A stretch of 64,000 nucleotides of DNA from the human T2T-CHM13v2.0 reference genome, Homo sapiens (GCA_009914755.4 CP068257.2:36224001-36288000); one strand, 5' to 3'; shown: positions 13,809 through 28,789, numbered from the stretch's first letter. Notes: generated from the sequence alone by a model not told the origin. Numbers and translations: made by a program.

Positions 13809-16800
13809 ACTGCAGAGCAAAGAAAATATGAGAGATGGAGAGAAAAATTACATAATAATAAAGATTAAATAATGGAGAATATTACGTTAAGTGAAGTAAG
13901 CCAGGCGCAGAAAGAAAAATATATGTCCTCACTCATACTTGAGAGCTAAAAAATTGATCTAATGGAGTAATGAGTAGAATGGTAACCAGAAGCCTGGAAG
14001 GATCAGGAGGCAGATGAGCAAAGGTTGGTTAGTGTATACAAAAATACATTTAGATAGAAAGAATAAGCTCCATTGTTTGATAGCACAGTAGAATGACTAT
14101 AGTTAATGATGCTGTGTTGTATATTTCAAAATAGCTAGAAGAAAACTTGAAATGTTCCCAACACAAATGAATAATATATGTTTGAGGTGATGGATATCCC
14201 AAATACCCTGACTTGATCATTCCACATTGTATGTATCTATCAAAATATCACGAGATATTCATAAATATGAACAACCATTAAGTACCAATACAATAAAGGT
14301 TTAATCAACCAAGAATACATAGCAATCCTAAATGTGTATGCAACAAACAACAGAGGTGCAAAATATGTGGAGCAAAAACTGATAGAACTGAAAGGGGAAA
14401 TAAATCCACGAATATAGTTGAAGATGCCAACACCCTTCTCTTAACAATTGTTAGGACAACTACAGAGAAAATCGGTAAGGATACAGAGAAAATCAACATC
14501 ATCAACCAACAGGATCAAATCAATGTTTATAGAATTTGCCACACAACAACAGCAGAATACACGTTCTTTCCAAATGCCCACAGCATATATACCAAGACAG
14601 ACCTCAACAAAAGAATTGAAATCATACCGAGTATGCTCTCTGATCACAATGGAATCGAACTTTTAAAAAATAAAATTTTTTTGGTTTCTTTTCTTCTTTT
14701 TCTCTTTTTTACTTGTGCCACCCCCATGTTTGCTTCCTACCAGTCTAGCATGTCATTATTCTGAATGCTGCAGTGAGGGTGCAGTTCTTCAGAAGTTTTT
14801 GGAGTGCGATGTGGTTTTCATGGCTCAGAGTTTTAAAGAAAAGGGAGGAATGGACTCTCCATTCTCTTTAGCTTCTTTATTGGAACACTCTCTCTGATCT
14901 TGGAGAATTAGCATAACCCTCACATCGCTCTATTGTGACTGTTCTTGGAACCTTTCTATAGAATACTAGAGGAAAGAGGAAGATAGTTAGATTCTGAGTC
15001 TGTGTCATGGAAGATGGATTTGCATCTTTTGTGCAGTTTAAACAGTTTTGTGACAAAAAGAATTAAGCAGAGCAGAAAAAATAGCTTTCCTTATGAAATC
15101 AAAAATCCAACAGTAAACTTCCAATTCAGAAGGCAGAAGTCAAGAATGACTGCATCTGCTGGGGGCCCCTCTCTCCCCCGGGGACCAGTCATTGCAGAAT
15201 CATGTCCTTTGTTTATATCATCCTTTTAGCACTGCCGAGCCAAGAAACTCAGTTCTGCTCAACCGTGATGAATATTTTTCCAAAACCACATATTCACAAT
15301 CATGAGATTCTCATTGACAATTCTGTGGTTCCTAATTTTTTAAAATATCTATCTGTGAGGAAGAAAAAATGACTCTCTCCACTTTTAGCTATAAGGTGGG
15401 CTATTGGCCAAGCACGGCCAGGGGCCTCTGTCCCTGACAGGCAGCAGCTGTTCAGCCTCCCTGTCCCAGAGCACAGCAGAAGGCAGGGGAGAGGGGGTGG
15501 AAGCAGGATTCAGGGCGCTCAAGGCAAGAATTCTTTCCCAAGGCTTTATCCTCCCTGGGACTGGGTGCTAGGGCAGATGGTGCTTGCATTTTCCATCACT
15601 CAGAAAGCCATGGCCAGAGACAGGAGGGTGGGGAAGGGGAGGGAAGAGGTCCAAACATCATTTCCGGAAGCTCTTCAGATTCCCTGCATTTTAAAATCTC
15701 GTAATTCTTCTCTCTGAATACCACAGAGCCAATGCCATACAATGTTGTGGCATTTGCTGGGCCACATTCCCTAGTGAGATGGGAGAAGAATTACTGTGCC
15801 TAAGGCAGCAACCAGCTTAAACATTTTCATTTCCTTCTTAGCTCTTCCACCAGGAAATCCTGCTATCATCTTCCTTGTCCTCTCCCTACTCCTTGCTGTT
15901 CATTTCTCAACTCTGTGATTTTGTGCTTCCGGCCTTAGTCAGAGCCAGCCTCTCTGTTCCTGGTTCTCTATGAGAAGGTGCCTAGGTTCCTGCCTTGATG
16001 AGCAAGTCAAGACTGTGGACTAGGTGAACTTCAAGTCAGTGTGGAAAATGCCCTTGCTCTCAGGAGATATACACTCAAATACTTAGGGCAACATATCCTG
16101 ATGACTATAACTCTTAAATGGAGAGAGAGAGAGAGAGAACACAAATAAAGGAGGCAAATGTGACAAATGTTTACAAACGGGGGGATCCAGGTAATGGGTA
16201 TATCATGTGTATTATATTATTCTTGTGGCTTTTCTACAGATTTGCCATTTTTCAAAGTTAAAAAAAGATAAAAAATCTGTATGGTGAGTGTAAACTGCTT
16301 CCCCTAAGCCCCAGGTCAGAACAATGGCCTCTGACCTGGGGAAGTTGTATGGTTTGGGTATTGACCTGGCTGGATGTACCAGTTACTTGGTTTCATTCCA
16401 GTGTGTGATGCTCTTGCATGGTTCACCAGGCCATGCTCTGGTAGGAGTATCGAGTGGTATCCCTAATATTTTAAATGCATTGCTTGTGGCTCTTCTGAGC
16501 CTTGAGGTGCCGATACTCCAATGAAGACCCACTGAATCAAAATCTCTGCGGATAAAAGTAAATAATATGCATTTCTTTAAACCATTCCTATGGATAGATC
16601 TAATTTTAAGATGGTAAGACAGAGACTTTTGTCTCCTTTGGAAAACAGTAAAGATACCAAGAAACTGAAGGAAATCTTCACTTTTGATGCAACTATGAAA
16701 TGCCTACAACCTCAGAACATGTATGTAGAGGGAGGGCTATTGTTACATGCAGCAGAAATTGGGCCAGGATAAAGGTGGTGAGTGAGAAACGATGCCTAGC

Positions 16801-17299
16801 CCCAGAAATCTATGGCAGAGCTGGCTGCCCACAGCCTTCTTCATCCTGGGGGCATAGTCAAAGCATTACCAATGTTTAGAGCAACAAGATGAAGATGTGG
16901 TACTGGCTATGAGAGCCTTCCTGGACAGTGTGTGATACCACAAAGGGACTGGAGGAAGCACAGAGACAGAAGAAAATGCTCAGATCTGCCATTTTGCAAA
17001 GGGAATCTTTTTGTGTGGCTGAGTGGAAAAGAAACTGTGGACAGTGAGCAGCTCTGTGGCTGCCAACCTTTGTTAGCTGTGTGATGTAAGGACTAAACCT
17101 CTGACAAAGCCCGGAATTAGACAGAACTTTACTCTAGCCCAAGAGACTTCTTGCTCTGTGCTATGCTTCCTGGGCCCTTCTCAACACTTCCTTTCACAAA
17201 TTACTGACCCAGAAAGAAATCCCCTGTTTCATGAGGAGCCAGCAGTGGATCTATCCAAAATATTACAGGAAAAAAAAGACAAGCTGGAAGCTGAACAAT

Positions 17300-18995
<1,696 letters not shown>

Positions 18996-19009
18996 GGCTT
19001 ATATTACTT

Positions 19010-19034
<25 letters not shown>
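19010..19034. repeat. (TA)n microsatellite
   Basis: tatatatatatatatatatatata read directly, at the L1 3' boundary. Confidence 0.95.
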
Positions 19035-19040
<6 letters not shown>

Positions 19041-20392
19041 CTTAAAAAGCTCTACAGATGATTCTAGCCAGCACTGGGTGTTGAGCAGCCCCAGTTTTTC
19101 ATTCCAGGGCTTCTGACAAGCTAATGGTAGTTGTACTGTATCTCAGTGGTAGGGATAAAGTGATGATTGCTATCTCTGTTTCATGTGGGTTTTGGCAGAC
19201 CAGCAAAGAATTTCATTGATTTACTTGTGTCTGAAATTTCCTGATTTCAGAAGAAGGTTACAGTCAACTAAAAAAACATAAAAATAAAAACAAAAGCCCA
19301 ATTATGAAGTTATAAAGTACTGGGGCTTTGGGTCTTCTAAGCTACCACTGATACTTTTGTCTTCATGCTAGAATGCCTGCATTTCAACTCCTCTGAATTA
19401 ATAGAATGGCTTCTTAGCGTATCTCCTGGATTCTGACCTCTTTGCCTTTCAGTTCTCCCTCTTTCCCACCTTTACCCTGCTGGTCCCTTGCATCATGACT
19501 CCTTGTGGGCACTCCACAAGACACCCCGTGCCCTGGATGCCCAGAGTAACATGGCCCCAAGACACATGCTGCAGGTGGACAGGTCACCCGGTGCAATGGC
19601 TATTTCCATCTTTGCTCCTGTTCTTCCCCAGGCAGGAGTAATCCCAAACCCACCTGCTGCTCGGTCCTACACTGATTCCTTTTTCTCCTGAATCCTATTT
19701 TACACCCAGGTAATAGCTCATAATTTAGCCCTTAATTGTTCTCCAATTACCTTATCGGTGATAATTTTTCTCCAACTTGAGTTTGAGCTCCTTCATGGGA
19801 AAGACCATGGGGCTCTGTGTTCTAAGCCGATCCCACATCTTATGGCCTCCCACCATCCTCACAGCTACTAGCTTAGCTCAGGCCACCCTCCTTTCTCGCC
19901 TGGTCTACGCCAGGCAGGTCTCCCTGCTTTTCCTCTTGGGCCTCCTGTGGTCTGTTCCCTATATGGCAGCCAGAGCCATCACTGGCTTCGAAGTAGAAAT
20001 AAGCTGACTTATTTCCCTGGCTTAAAACCCTTTCCAGCACACTTGTGATAAGATCTAAGCTTCAGGTGGCATGGAGTTCCTGCAGGATCTGTCCCTAGGC
20101 TCCCTCCACCCTCATTTCCCAGCCTTCTCCCCATCACTCACACTGCAGTCTTTGACTTTCTTGCCCAGTCCTTCCCCGGGGCCATTGTACTTGCCAGAAA
20201 AGCTCTCCCACTACCCCCCCGGAGTGGCTCTCTATGTCATATCATCCAGGTCATGGTTACAATGTCACCTCTTCCAAGGCCTTCCCTGACACCATATCTA
20301 GCATAGTTCCCATCTTCACTCCCTCATCACTTCCCAATGTTTTCCCTGCTTAATTTATTGTAGCTTTCATCTTCATTGTGTATGTGGGTAGA

Positions 20393-20560
20393 CAGTATAA
20401 TCTGGGGTTAGACTCTCAGAGTTTAAATCTCAGCTCCACTACTTGAGCTGCATGACATTGGGAAAGTCCTTAACCTCCTTGTGCCTCATTTTCCTCATCT
20501 GTACAATAGGGATAATGTTATACATAGTTTATGAAACTACAGTGAGAATAAAAGGAGAGA
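20393..20560 (+). mobile_element. MIR/MLT1-type ancient SINE/LTR fragment
   Basis: ..tctcagctccactacttgagctgcatgacattgggaaagtccttaacctccttgtgcctcattttcctcatctgtacaatagggataatgtt resembles the MIR/MLT1 core (ctgccacttactagctgtgtgaccttgggcaagttacttaacctctctgtgcctcagtttcctcatctgtaaaatggggataataata). Confidence 0.6.
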
Positions 20561-20689
20561 TTAATGATATGAAAACCACTTAGAAGGCTGACAGGCAGGA
20601 GGTGAGGACTACATCAATCTTTGTTTCTTTATTTACTCATTATTGCCCGACTCCCTACCCTAGACTGTCAACTCTGGTGTATTAGTCAA

Positions 20690-21065
20690 CTCAGCCTACT
20701 GTAACAAAGTACCACAAACTGGAGGGCTTAAACAACAGGCATTTATTTTCTCAAAGTTCTGGAGGCTGGAAGTCCAAGACCAAGGTTTCAGTGGGGCTGG
20801 TTCCTTGGAGGCCTCTGTCCTTGGCTTGGGGATGGCGTCTTCTCCCTGTGTCCTTATAGGGTTGTCCCTCTGTGTGTGCCTGTGTCCTCATCTTCTCTTC
20901 TTATAAGACCACCAGTCAGCTTGGATTAAAGCCCACCCTAGTGACCTCATTTTACCTCTATCACTTCTTTAAAGGCTCTATCTCCAAATACAGTCCCATT
21001 CTGAGGTACTGGGGGTTAGGACTTCAACATACAAATTTTGAGGGCATGCAATTTAGCCCCTAACA
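20690..21065 (+). mobile_element. LTR-like interspersed repeat with TG...CA termini, about 375 bp, plausibly a MaLR (MST/MLT-group) solo LTR. Copy A of a family with three copies in this window.
   Basis: tgtaacaaagtaccacaaactggagggcttaaacaacaggcatttattttctcaaagttctggaggctggaagtccaagaccaaggtttcag...ggtactgggggttaggacttcaacatacaaattttgagggcatgcaatttagcccctaaca. Clearly homologous to 40785-40975 and 49040-49470 in this same window. Confidence 0.7.
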
Positions 21066-23625
21066 TCTGGAGAAGTAGGGTTGCGACATGGTTAGCCCTG
21101 TATCTCAGCAGGCAGACATGCATTTTCCAGCACACTTCAGTGTCTCAGTAATGACCCCTTGGAAGCCTGAGAGCATTTCCCACAGAGCTGGTCCCTCTGC
21201 CCCACAGCCATAAAACATGGAGTGACTACTGGGTGCCAAGCTGAGAAGGTACTTGAGGAACGTCCTTGAGAAGCACCAAACTGGGGAACACTCCGGGCCT
21301 TGGATTGTGTTCACTAAAATTTAAATGACTCCTTCATAGCCCAGTGGCAAGTAGGGGACCATCAGCCTCACTGAGGTGTTGATGCTGGGCCCCTGGGCAA
21401 GCTGGTGACTGGAAAGGAGAGGAGGGTGTGGGTACCCTGAGCTTCCAGTAGTGGGGCTGTAGGTCAGCACTCAGTCAAGTGGGTGGCTCAAGCCCCGCTG
21501 CAGAACACACCTCCACTCTAATCAAACAAGCCCATGTCTATCTCGTTCCTTGGCCTGCTCCTCAAGCCCCAAGTAAGGCTTAGAAGACAGCCCTTCTTGG
21601 AACCAGTTTCCAATCTTACATAAGGTGTCAGAATCGCCAGTGGTTGGAATTCTTCCATGAGAGCTGTGGAAAAGGGCTGTATTTTGCTTACAATCAGGTG
21701 AACCTCACTCTATACAACAGTTGAATCCCCCAAACATTGTGTGTGAATTTTAAGTCCAAGTCTACCTTAAATAGGCAGGGCTGGAGGGGGTCACTATTTA
21801 TAGTAAATATCCAATGTGCTTTTTTTGGCAAGCAGAGAAGTCTTCTATTTTAACTTTTCTGTTTTGTAAATGTCACCTTTATACACACAGGCATGCATGC
21901 ATGTATACACATTGTGGCATTCAAGTCTGTGAGGACCAAGTATCTAGCTGTGCTTTAATTCTAAAAGGCGAAGGCTTTGTTAAGTAGCTCAAACTGCAGG
22001 GGAAATTATGATCTGAGTTTAAGCTAATATATCACGAAAAAGCCTAGACACAGCATCTGTCAACTTGGGTGATCTTGCTTCTATCTGGGCAGCCACCTGG
22101 TAAATTTGTATTTTGCAACAGCAGCTGCAGAGACTGTGTTTACCCTGTGTAGATAGTCAGAGAAATATGAAGAAACTGGGGGTTCTTCCTCTTCTATTTG
22201 TGCTAGCGGTAGGCTGACTTAGTTGAACACATTCTGGCAGTTTTGTAAAAGAGTACAATGCCTTAGAATTTTGAGCTGCTAAGTCGGTCCCCTCAACAGC
22301 CAGGGGAGAGACAGGGCAGACATCTTGACTGATGTGTGACATCATTTGTTGCCAGGAGGAAAAAGCAGGACTGGCTCCAAGATGAAGCAGTCAGACCTAC
22401 AGGAGAGTAGCCACAGCTACTGGTTTTCAAAAGGTAGGACAGAGACTCTTAAAAAGGCTAGGAAGATTCGGACAAGGTGAATGGAGAGAGCCAACAGCAG
22501 AGCCGTGCTCATGAAGAGCATAGACAATCATGGAGAGCATAGACACTCAACATTCACAGCAGAGAATTACTAGTGAAGATCAATGTAGTAAAACTGAGGA
22601 AAGAGGAAAAACATGTTTTATAGTCTTTTCTTTAACATTTTGCTTATTTTGTGTTATTTGATTCATTAATATTTTAGGCACAGTAATTCCTGATTTATTA
22701 GTATGTCTGCTTAAATGAGTAAAACATGGAGTAATAAAATTTTAGGTTCTTAGTTTTTGAAATTCAGAGATTGTTACGCCTGACTACTTACTGTGCCTCC
22801 ACAGTAACCAACACAGTAGCCCCAATGGCTGGAAGCGAATTTGACTCTTTGCCCATATGCTATACCCTCAGCTTCTTAATATTGATGGGTATCGCACAGG
22901 TACCAACTTTGATTTATTGCAAATCTGATTTAGAGTGGGTACAGAGAGACTTGAAAGGGCTGTGTCCATTTATGACTGAATTTTTGAGAGTTTATTCTTC
23001 AGGAAGTACCTCTGGTGCCAGACATTTATATTTTTAACGATTTGGATGTATTTTGCTTTATGCACAGGGTGTGGTTGATATCTACAATCGTTTTTGTGCA
23101 TCAGGAAATAAGGTTATTAAAATATTATTAAAATAGGTTTCCACAGGCACTTTGCTACATGTGACAAAATGCATAATTAGCTGGAATTAAGAGCTAATAG
23201 GTTTATAACATCAACGCCCCACTTCTAAAATAATATTTAGCTGCTACTTATGTGCACTGCTGTAACTCTTGTAAGAAAAAAAATGCTCCATGGCTCCTAA
23301 AAGTCTTATTGGCTTACCTTGTCTCTTTAAGCAATTTTAAAATATAAAGGTTTTTTTTTGTTTTTTTTTTTTTTTTTGGTGAAGAGAGAGAAGGTGAGCT
23401 TCTGCTATATTGGCAGTTTGGAGGTTGAGTTTAAACTGCTTGAAATGATGGGACCTCAGGAAAGACCATATGAAAATATCAGCTTTTCAGGCCAATGAGT
23501 CATCCGGCATCACAAGCCGGGTTGTGGGGCTTGAGGCCGGTTTCAGTCTACGTCATCCAACAGCTGACGCTTGACAGAGACACAGGAAAGGAATATGCAA
23601 TTCTCCAATTCTCTATTTTTTTTTT

Positions 23626-23913
23626 TTTGTTTTAGGTAGATTCTCACCCTGTCACCCAGTCTAGAGTGCAATGGTGTGATCTTGGCTGACTGCAATCTCT
23701 GCCTCCTACATTCAAGTGATCCTCCCACCTCAGCCTCCCAAGTAGCTGGGACAACAAGTGTGCACCACCATGCCTGGTTAATTTTTGTATTTTTAGGAGA
23801 GAGGAGGTTTCACGTGTTGGCCAGGGTGGTCTTGAATTCCTGACCTCAGGTGAGCCACCTGCCTCAGCCTCCCAAAGAGCTAGGATTACAGGTGTGAGCC
23901 ACCATGGCCGGCC
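23626..23913 (-). mobile_element. Full-length Alu (older, AluJ/S-like), minus orientation
   Basis: T13 at 23626-23638, then the reverse complement of Alu (..ctgtcacccagtctagagtgcaatggtgtgatcttggctgactgcaatctctgcctcc...gctaggattacaggtgtgagccaccatggccggcc). Diverged from consensus. Confidence 0.9.
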
Positions 23914-24361
23914 AGGAATATCCAGTTCTTTAATAGTGTTTCTTTTTTAAAACATTGGCATTCAGATTAAATATCTGTATGCCATTGTTTAATACACCGC
24001 AAAAACAAGTCAGGTGAGAGATGAAACCTAGAGAGAACTAGACAACAAGTTACCCAGACTTGTAAGCTCTGTGCATGATTAGGTAGCTTCAAATACAAAG
24101 CTTTGAAGATGTGCAGGGGTTTCAGAGGTGGAGGGACTCAGGCCCTTCTGGTAGGGCCACGTGTTTGCATTGTCTTATTGGACTGTTACAGGAGCTGTCT
24201 CTTCAAAGGCACTTGCTCCTAGCAAACTTATGCCTTTCCAAAGTCTCCTCTAAAAATGAGTAGAGGACACTTTGTTTTACTTTTACTGAAGTGAAAACAC
24301 CAAGGCATGCTTTAGGGGTCTCTAGCACTTCTGTGGGTCCATCAGTCCCCATTCTCCCCAT

Positions 24362-24507
24362 CTGTCTCTCTCTCTCTTTTTTTTTTTTTTTGAGACTGGG
24401 TCTTGTTGTATTGCCCAGGCTGGTCTTGAAATTTGGGGCTCAAGTGATCCTCTTGCCTTGGACTCCCAAAGTGCTGGGATTACAGGCATGAGTCACTGTG
24501 CCTGGCC
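24362..24507 (-). mobile_element. Free left Alu monomer (FLAM-like, about 130 bp) preceded by (CT)n and T14
   Basis: ctgtctctctctctc + T14 + gagactgggtcttgttgtattgcccaggctggtcttgaaatttggggctcaagtgatcctcttgccttggactcccaaagtgctgggattacaggcatgagtcactgtgcctggccc. This is the reverse complement of only the Alu left arm. Confidence 0.8.
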
Positions 24508-25249
24508 CAGAAAAAGATGTTCTCTATGCCCATGAGGCTTCAAGAGAAGCTGGTTTCCTTATCTTCACTATTTAGAGCTAGATCCCAAGTACCTCCAGGA
24601 TAGAGCCCTAATCCTGACCCCAAACATAATTTGTGTACAGAAACTCCGTGTAGGAGTGTTAGAAAAGCTGGAGGCCCTATTGATAGGTGATTCAGATATG
24701 CTGGGAATAATGTAAAGTGTGTGTCTGGTGGAAAGAGCTGTATTTTTAACGTGATGCTGAAATCACCAAGAAATACTCTACTTCACTTGATACGAAAAAC
24801 AGAAGTTACCATTATACAGAAAAAAAGTGGAGGAGGCCTTATGCAAATATTTTCAGATAACCGTATATACTGTTTTTTTGCCAGTCGTGTCCCATCATGT
24901 CCACCCCCAGTTCTCAGCTGTCTGCATGGGCAGGAGAGGAAAGGAAAGACACTGGCTGGAGGGGGAGGCAGGGGCCTGACTCTTCTGAGCTTGAACTGTC
25001 TCATTCTGTACAATACGGATCCAGCTCCTCTTTGAGAAGCCAGTGGTAGAACAAGCAATTTTTTGAGCTCCTTATAGCTTATCTAATTAATCATTTTATG
25101 AATGGAGGAGCCAGCTTAGAAAGAACTTGTCCATGTCATACCCCTGTTAAGGGCTGAGGCACTACGTGCTCTTGCTGATGCTTTCATAAATGATAACTCA
25201 GGCACTTTCCCACTGTCTGGTTTTTATGGGGTGGTTTATAATTTGGTGA

Positions 25250-25512
25250 CTGGGGACTTCAACACCCCACTCTCAGTCTTGGACAGATCATCTAGATAGA
25301 AGATCAACAAAGAAGTGTTGGATTTAAACTGTACTCAAGACCAAATGGTCCTAACAGACATTTACAGAACATCTCACTCAACCGTTGCAGAACACACATT
25401 TATGTGCTCATCAGCACATGAAACTCTCAGCAGTGTAGATCGTGTGTTAGACCACAAACCAAATTTCAACAAATTAAAAAAAATCATATCAGGAAACTTC
25501 TTAGACTACTAA
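25250..25512 (+). mobile_element. Isolated L1 ORF2 endonuclease-domain fragment
   Basis: Translation GDFNTPLSVLDRSSR.KINKEVLDLNCTQDQMVLTDIYRTSHSTVAEHTFMCSSAHETLSSVDRVLDHKPNFNKLKKIISGNFLDY is homologous to L1 ORF2p GDFNTPLSTLDRSTRQKVNKDTQELNSALHQADLIDIYRTLHPKSTEYTFFSAPHHTYSKIDHIVGSKALLSKCKRTEI (ORF track 25315..25512). Confidence 0.85.
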
Positions 25513-25870
25513 CTTAGGTGTTGCTGTGAAGATATTTTGTGGATGTGATCATAATTGGTTGACTTTAAATTAAGGGGAGGTTATCGCAGATAATCTGAGT
25601 GGGCCTGACTCAATTAGGCAAAGTTCTTTAAACGCTGGCTTGAAGCTTCCCTGAGAAAAGAAGACATTCTGTCTGTGGATGGTGGATTCAGTTCCTGCCT
25701 GAGAGCTCCTGCCTGCTGTTCTTGGTGGCCTGCCCTTCAGGCTTTAAGACTTGCTTAGTCAGCCCTCACAATTACATAACACAATGTCTTGTAATAAGCC
25801 TCTTACTGTGTATCACTTCCTCATTCTGCTTCTCTATTGAACCCTGACTGGTATACCAGGAGAGACATCA
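25513..25870 (+). mobile_element. Unclassified old interspersed repeat adjoining the L1 fragment (MER/LTR-like, ends ...gaaccctgactggtataccagga)
   Basis: Text of the type ...tttaagacttgcttagtcagccctcacaattacataacacaatgtcttgtaataagcctct...tgaaccctgactggtatacc is typical of high-copy mammalian repeats I recognise but cannot name with certainty. Confidence 0.35.
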
Positions 25871-28789
25871 CAATTAACAAGTGGATCTGATGAGTTGGGA
25901 GAATACCTTTGGGTTTCTATAGATGGATGGAAGGAGGAAATTGGTCCTTGGGTGGGCACAGGCTGCTGGTTCTTCACTGAACCAGGAGCCCGACCTTTCA
26001 CATACTTTTGTGCAGCTTTTGCTAAAGGAACAGACCTGGCCGGAGCTGGACAGTGAGGCCAGGGTTGCATTCAAATGGAATGACCAGCTGGACATTGGTC
26101 CCTGCCTACTGGCAACTGGGGAGAATGAGCAAGAAAAGTGTGGATCAGAAACTAAGTACAGAGAATGTCAAAAGGGTCCATTGGCAATTCCCACGAAACA
26201 GCACTTCAGCCAGATTCACCTGCCACCAGGCCATGGTCAAGAGGACCATGTCTCTTGAGATCTGGGGGCCACAGGATGAACTAGAGATGGCCAACGGCTG
26301 TTGGAAAGAGAAAGGAGGATGGGAATGATGAATAAGCAATGAAGATTACTGGATGTCTTCAATACAAAACTACGCATTACTTAGAACATATCCTTCTAGG
26401 TTTTCTGATTCTAGCTATTCATTGCCATTCAGCTATTTTTACAATCTCTAAATTGTAGAGAACTGATGGCAGTGCAGTTATAATTGGCAACGCAAACATG
26501 ATTATTGTGTATAGACTGGCAAATAAATTCTGTTAGGTGGATGCTCAAATAATATCCCTTCTCATAGAAAAAGCCATCTTGACATTCCTTAACTCCATAG
26601 AAATGTGCCATTCTTTGACTTCTTCTTTGAATCTTTTGTAACATTTATATGATTTCCTTATTAATTAATAAGTGTAATAAAATATTTTCCATATGTTAGT
26701 TTTATATTTGCCTGAGAGTCATGATTTTACGCTATTTAAAAATCATCCTTTAATAACACCTGAGGTGTCTAGGGTACTACAGGGAGCAACATCAGAGGCA
26801 GCATCGCACTCAGAGTCAGGGACAAAAATCTGTCCAGTGAGGAGAGCTGAGGGGTCACTGGCCCCCAGAAAGCCCCATGCAGCCAAGCTTGCAGCAGGGA
26901 CAATATGAATGAAAGCAAACTGTTTTATTTTTATTTTTAAAAGTTAGGGCAAAATACAGATCCTTTATCTTGCCTTTTGAGAGTAATATCAAGAGATGCT
27001 TTTATAGTTTTTTGAAGAAGAGTGAAATCCATCTCTGCCTCATCTTTATATAAACATTTGTTTACGTATTTGTACTTTATATCCTACCTGCTTCCAAAAA
27101 CAACAATTGAAATGGGCCAAACGGTAATAAAAGCGACAATAATAGATTGTGTAGCAGACCAGACCTTACCTTGCAAAGAGTGATGTCAGCTGTAGAACCA
27201 CACAGCAGATGGTGAAAAACCATATGATAAAAATAACAGAAGGTTACACGGTAAATATATTACCACAACAATCAGGCAGCGAAGAGACTGGTGAACAGAG
27301 AGGGAAAAGCCAGGGGGCAGAAGGATCATCCAAGGTCATGATCTCTGAGATATTAATGGTACCTTGCACTTTGGGTTTATATGTCAACAGTCTCTGAAGA
27401 GCCAGGTGTGGTTGCACTTTCATTAGGACTTGGCCTTTATATAGCAGGTAGCTGGGGACAGAAAGGTCCAGGGCTGGGCAGCAGAAATCGCTAGTTCTTG
27501 TGTGGATGGAAACACTGGTGCAGGAATGGGGACCATCTTTTCCCTAAGACCTCACAGCCAGCTGGGAGAATGAAGTTGAAGGCCAGCTCTCTGGCTGCTC
27601 CGGGCATCCTATGTATCTGGCCATGTTGCCTCCAGCACTATGGGGACAGTGGGGATGGCTATGTCAGGGGTCTCAGAGCACTTTGCAAACAATGCAATAA
27701 ATACGGTGGAGGGTAGCACATTCTCCTATTAATATACATGACTACAGCTAGCGAGATCATTACTGCAAAGTTTAGGGCAAGTTGTATGAGATCTGCGATT
27801 ACAGAGATTTGTACTGTCTGGAATATAATTTTTAAAAATTCTCCAGAAAGCCTTTTTAAGGAAAATATCACAGAATTAAACTGAATGTGTGTGTATCCTA
27901 TAAAACATGGTGTGCCTTCAACAAGTAAATTATACATCTTATCAAGAGAAGCATTTGGAAAACTAAGATAAAATGTGAATTCTCTTACCATCTAGAGGCT
28001 GCTATTCAGAGAAGGATGCAGATTAAAGCTGAGTTCCAGACAAGGGAGGAGAAACATCTCTCTGGGATTTGTGGGAAAAATATAAATCGAACTTGAAAGG
28101 TCCCGAGGAAGTAGCGGTCCATGCATGTTTACACAAAGGGAAGATGTGTTAGTCGGAAAATCAGAGGACTAACCTCAGAACCCTGGAAATGTACCAGTTA
28201 GGGGACAATCCCTGTGTAAATTCTCACAGCTCAAGACCTGTGCAATATTCTAAGCAGAATTACAAAGGGCTCTCACAACGGGCAGGCATGGCTGGGGTTG
28301 GGTGGAGAGGGGAGGACAGAGGCGCTGGCAATCATCAAACAAAATGAAAATGTTCTTCAGAATCCACAGTACACAAGATTCTTGGAAGCTATTTATGTGG
28401 ATGACAGTTTTACAACATGGCTCTCAAGCTGTGTGTTTGGTGTTTCACTCACAGTTTAGAAGAGGGAAAAACGCAGTAGAGAATGGTGATGGAGCACCCA
28501 TTGCCTGTTGGGCAAGAAATTCACAGTGGCCCTGGGATAGAGAGCCAGGCTTTGTGGATCCCTGAGCTGTGCTCTAGGCAGTGAATTCTTTAGGGATGAT
28601 CGAAGCAGGCTGTGAGTGGATCGCCTGGGTGGCTTGGAGTCAATCATGAATCACACACTCTGGGGACATGGAGGGATAGAAGCCATGCCCATCATGAGGC
28701 ACCTTTGATTGACAAGGGGCTGCTCTCCCATTTCCATGGCCTCCACGGCCGAGCCCTCATATGAGTGACCCCTCTTCTAACCTTAATAC

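Larger units (their letters stand above)
11640..14665 (+). mobile_element. Old LINE-1 (L1M/L1P-type), rearranged and fragmented. It comprises a 5'UTR-like region with ~110 bp tandem sub-repeats, an ORF1 remnant, the ORF2 endonuclease N-terminus, an L1 3'-end fragment and a second ORF2-EN piece.
   Basis: 12330-12640 translates to ORF1-like ...SELNSRVGKTEQRNSELVDRTIEII..EKIDLKKMNRALGTCGVV... ORF 13572..13808 reads MANLSLNVLIIILNINGPNTPIKKQRLAECIKS...THFKYNGMGRLKVKRWKKMYH, matching the L1 ORF2 start MTGSNSHITILTLNINGLNSPIKRHRLASWIKSQ...THLTCKDTHRLKIKGWRKIYQ. 13870-14290 is L1 3'UTR-like (ggagaatattacgttaagtgaagtaagccaggcgcagaaagaaaaatatatgtcctcactcata...). 14290-14665 encodes ...NIYAPNNRGAKYVEQKLIELKGEINPRI..GDANTLLLTI..TTEKIGKDTEKINIINQQDQINVYRICHTTTAEYTFFPNAHSIYTKTDLNKRIEIIPSMLSDHNGIEL, which is ORF2 EN again. 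All pieces are in + orientation. Confidence 0.85.

Noticed and set aside
23338-23378. Long poly-T/T-rich runs as possible Alu tails without bodies or as Pol III terminators. These occur at 23338-23378, 30090-30106, 46426-46450 and 53143-53158.
   Set aside because: No Alu, SINE or Pol III gene body is adjacent. They are most simply decayed poly-A tails of old retroposons or simple T-homopolymers, which are common in AT-rich human DNA.
25513-25870. Naming the unclassified repeat beside the L1 fragment, and the hAT-like MITE at 9799-10142, with specific Dfam family names
   Set aside because: I recognise both as high-copy mammalian repeats by their sequence. I cannot reliably recall the curated family identifiers, so giving a name would be a guess. 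They are left as class-level calls.
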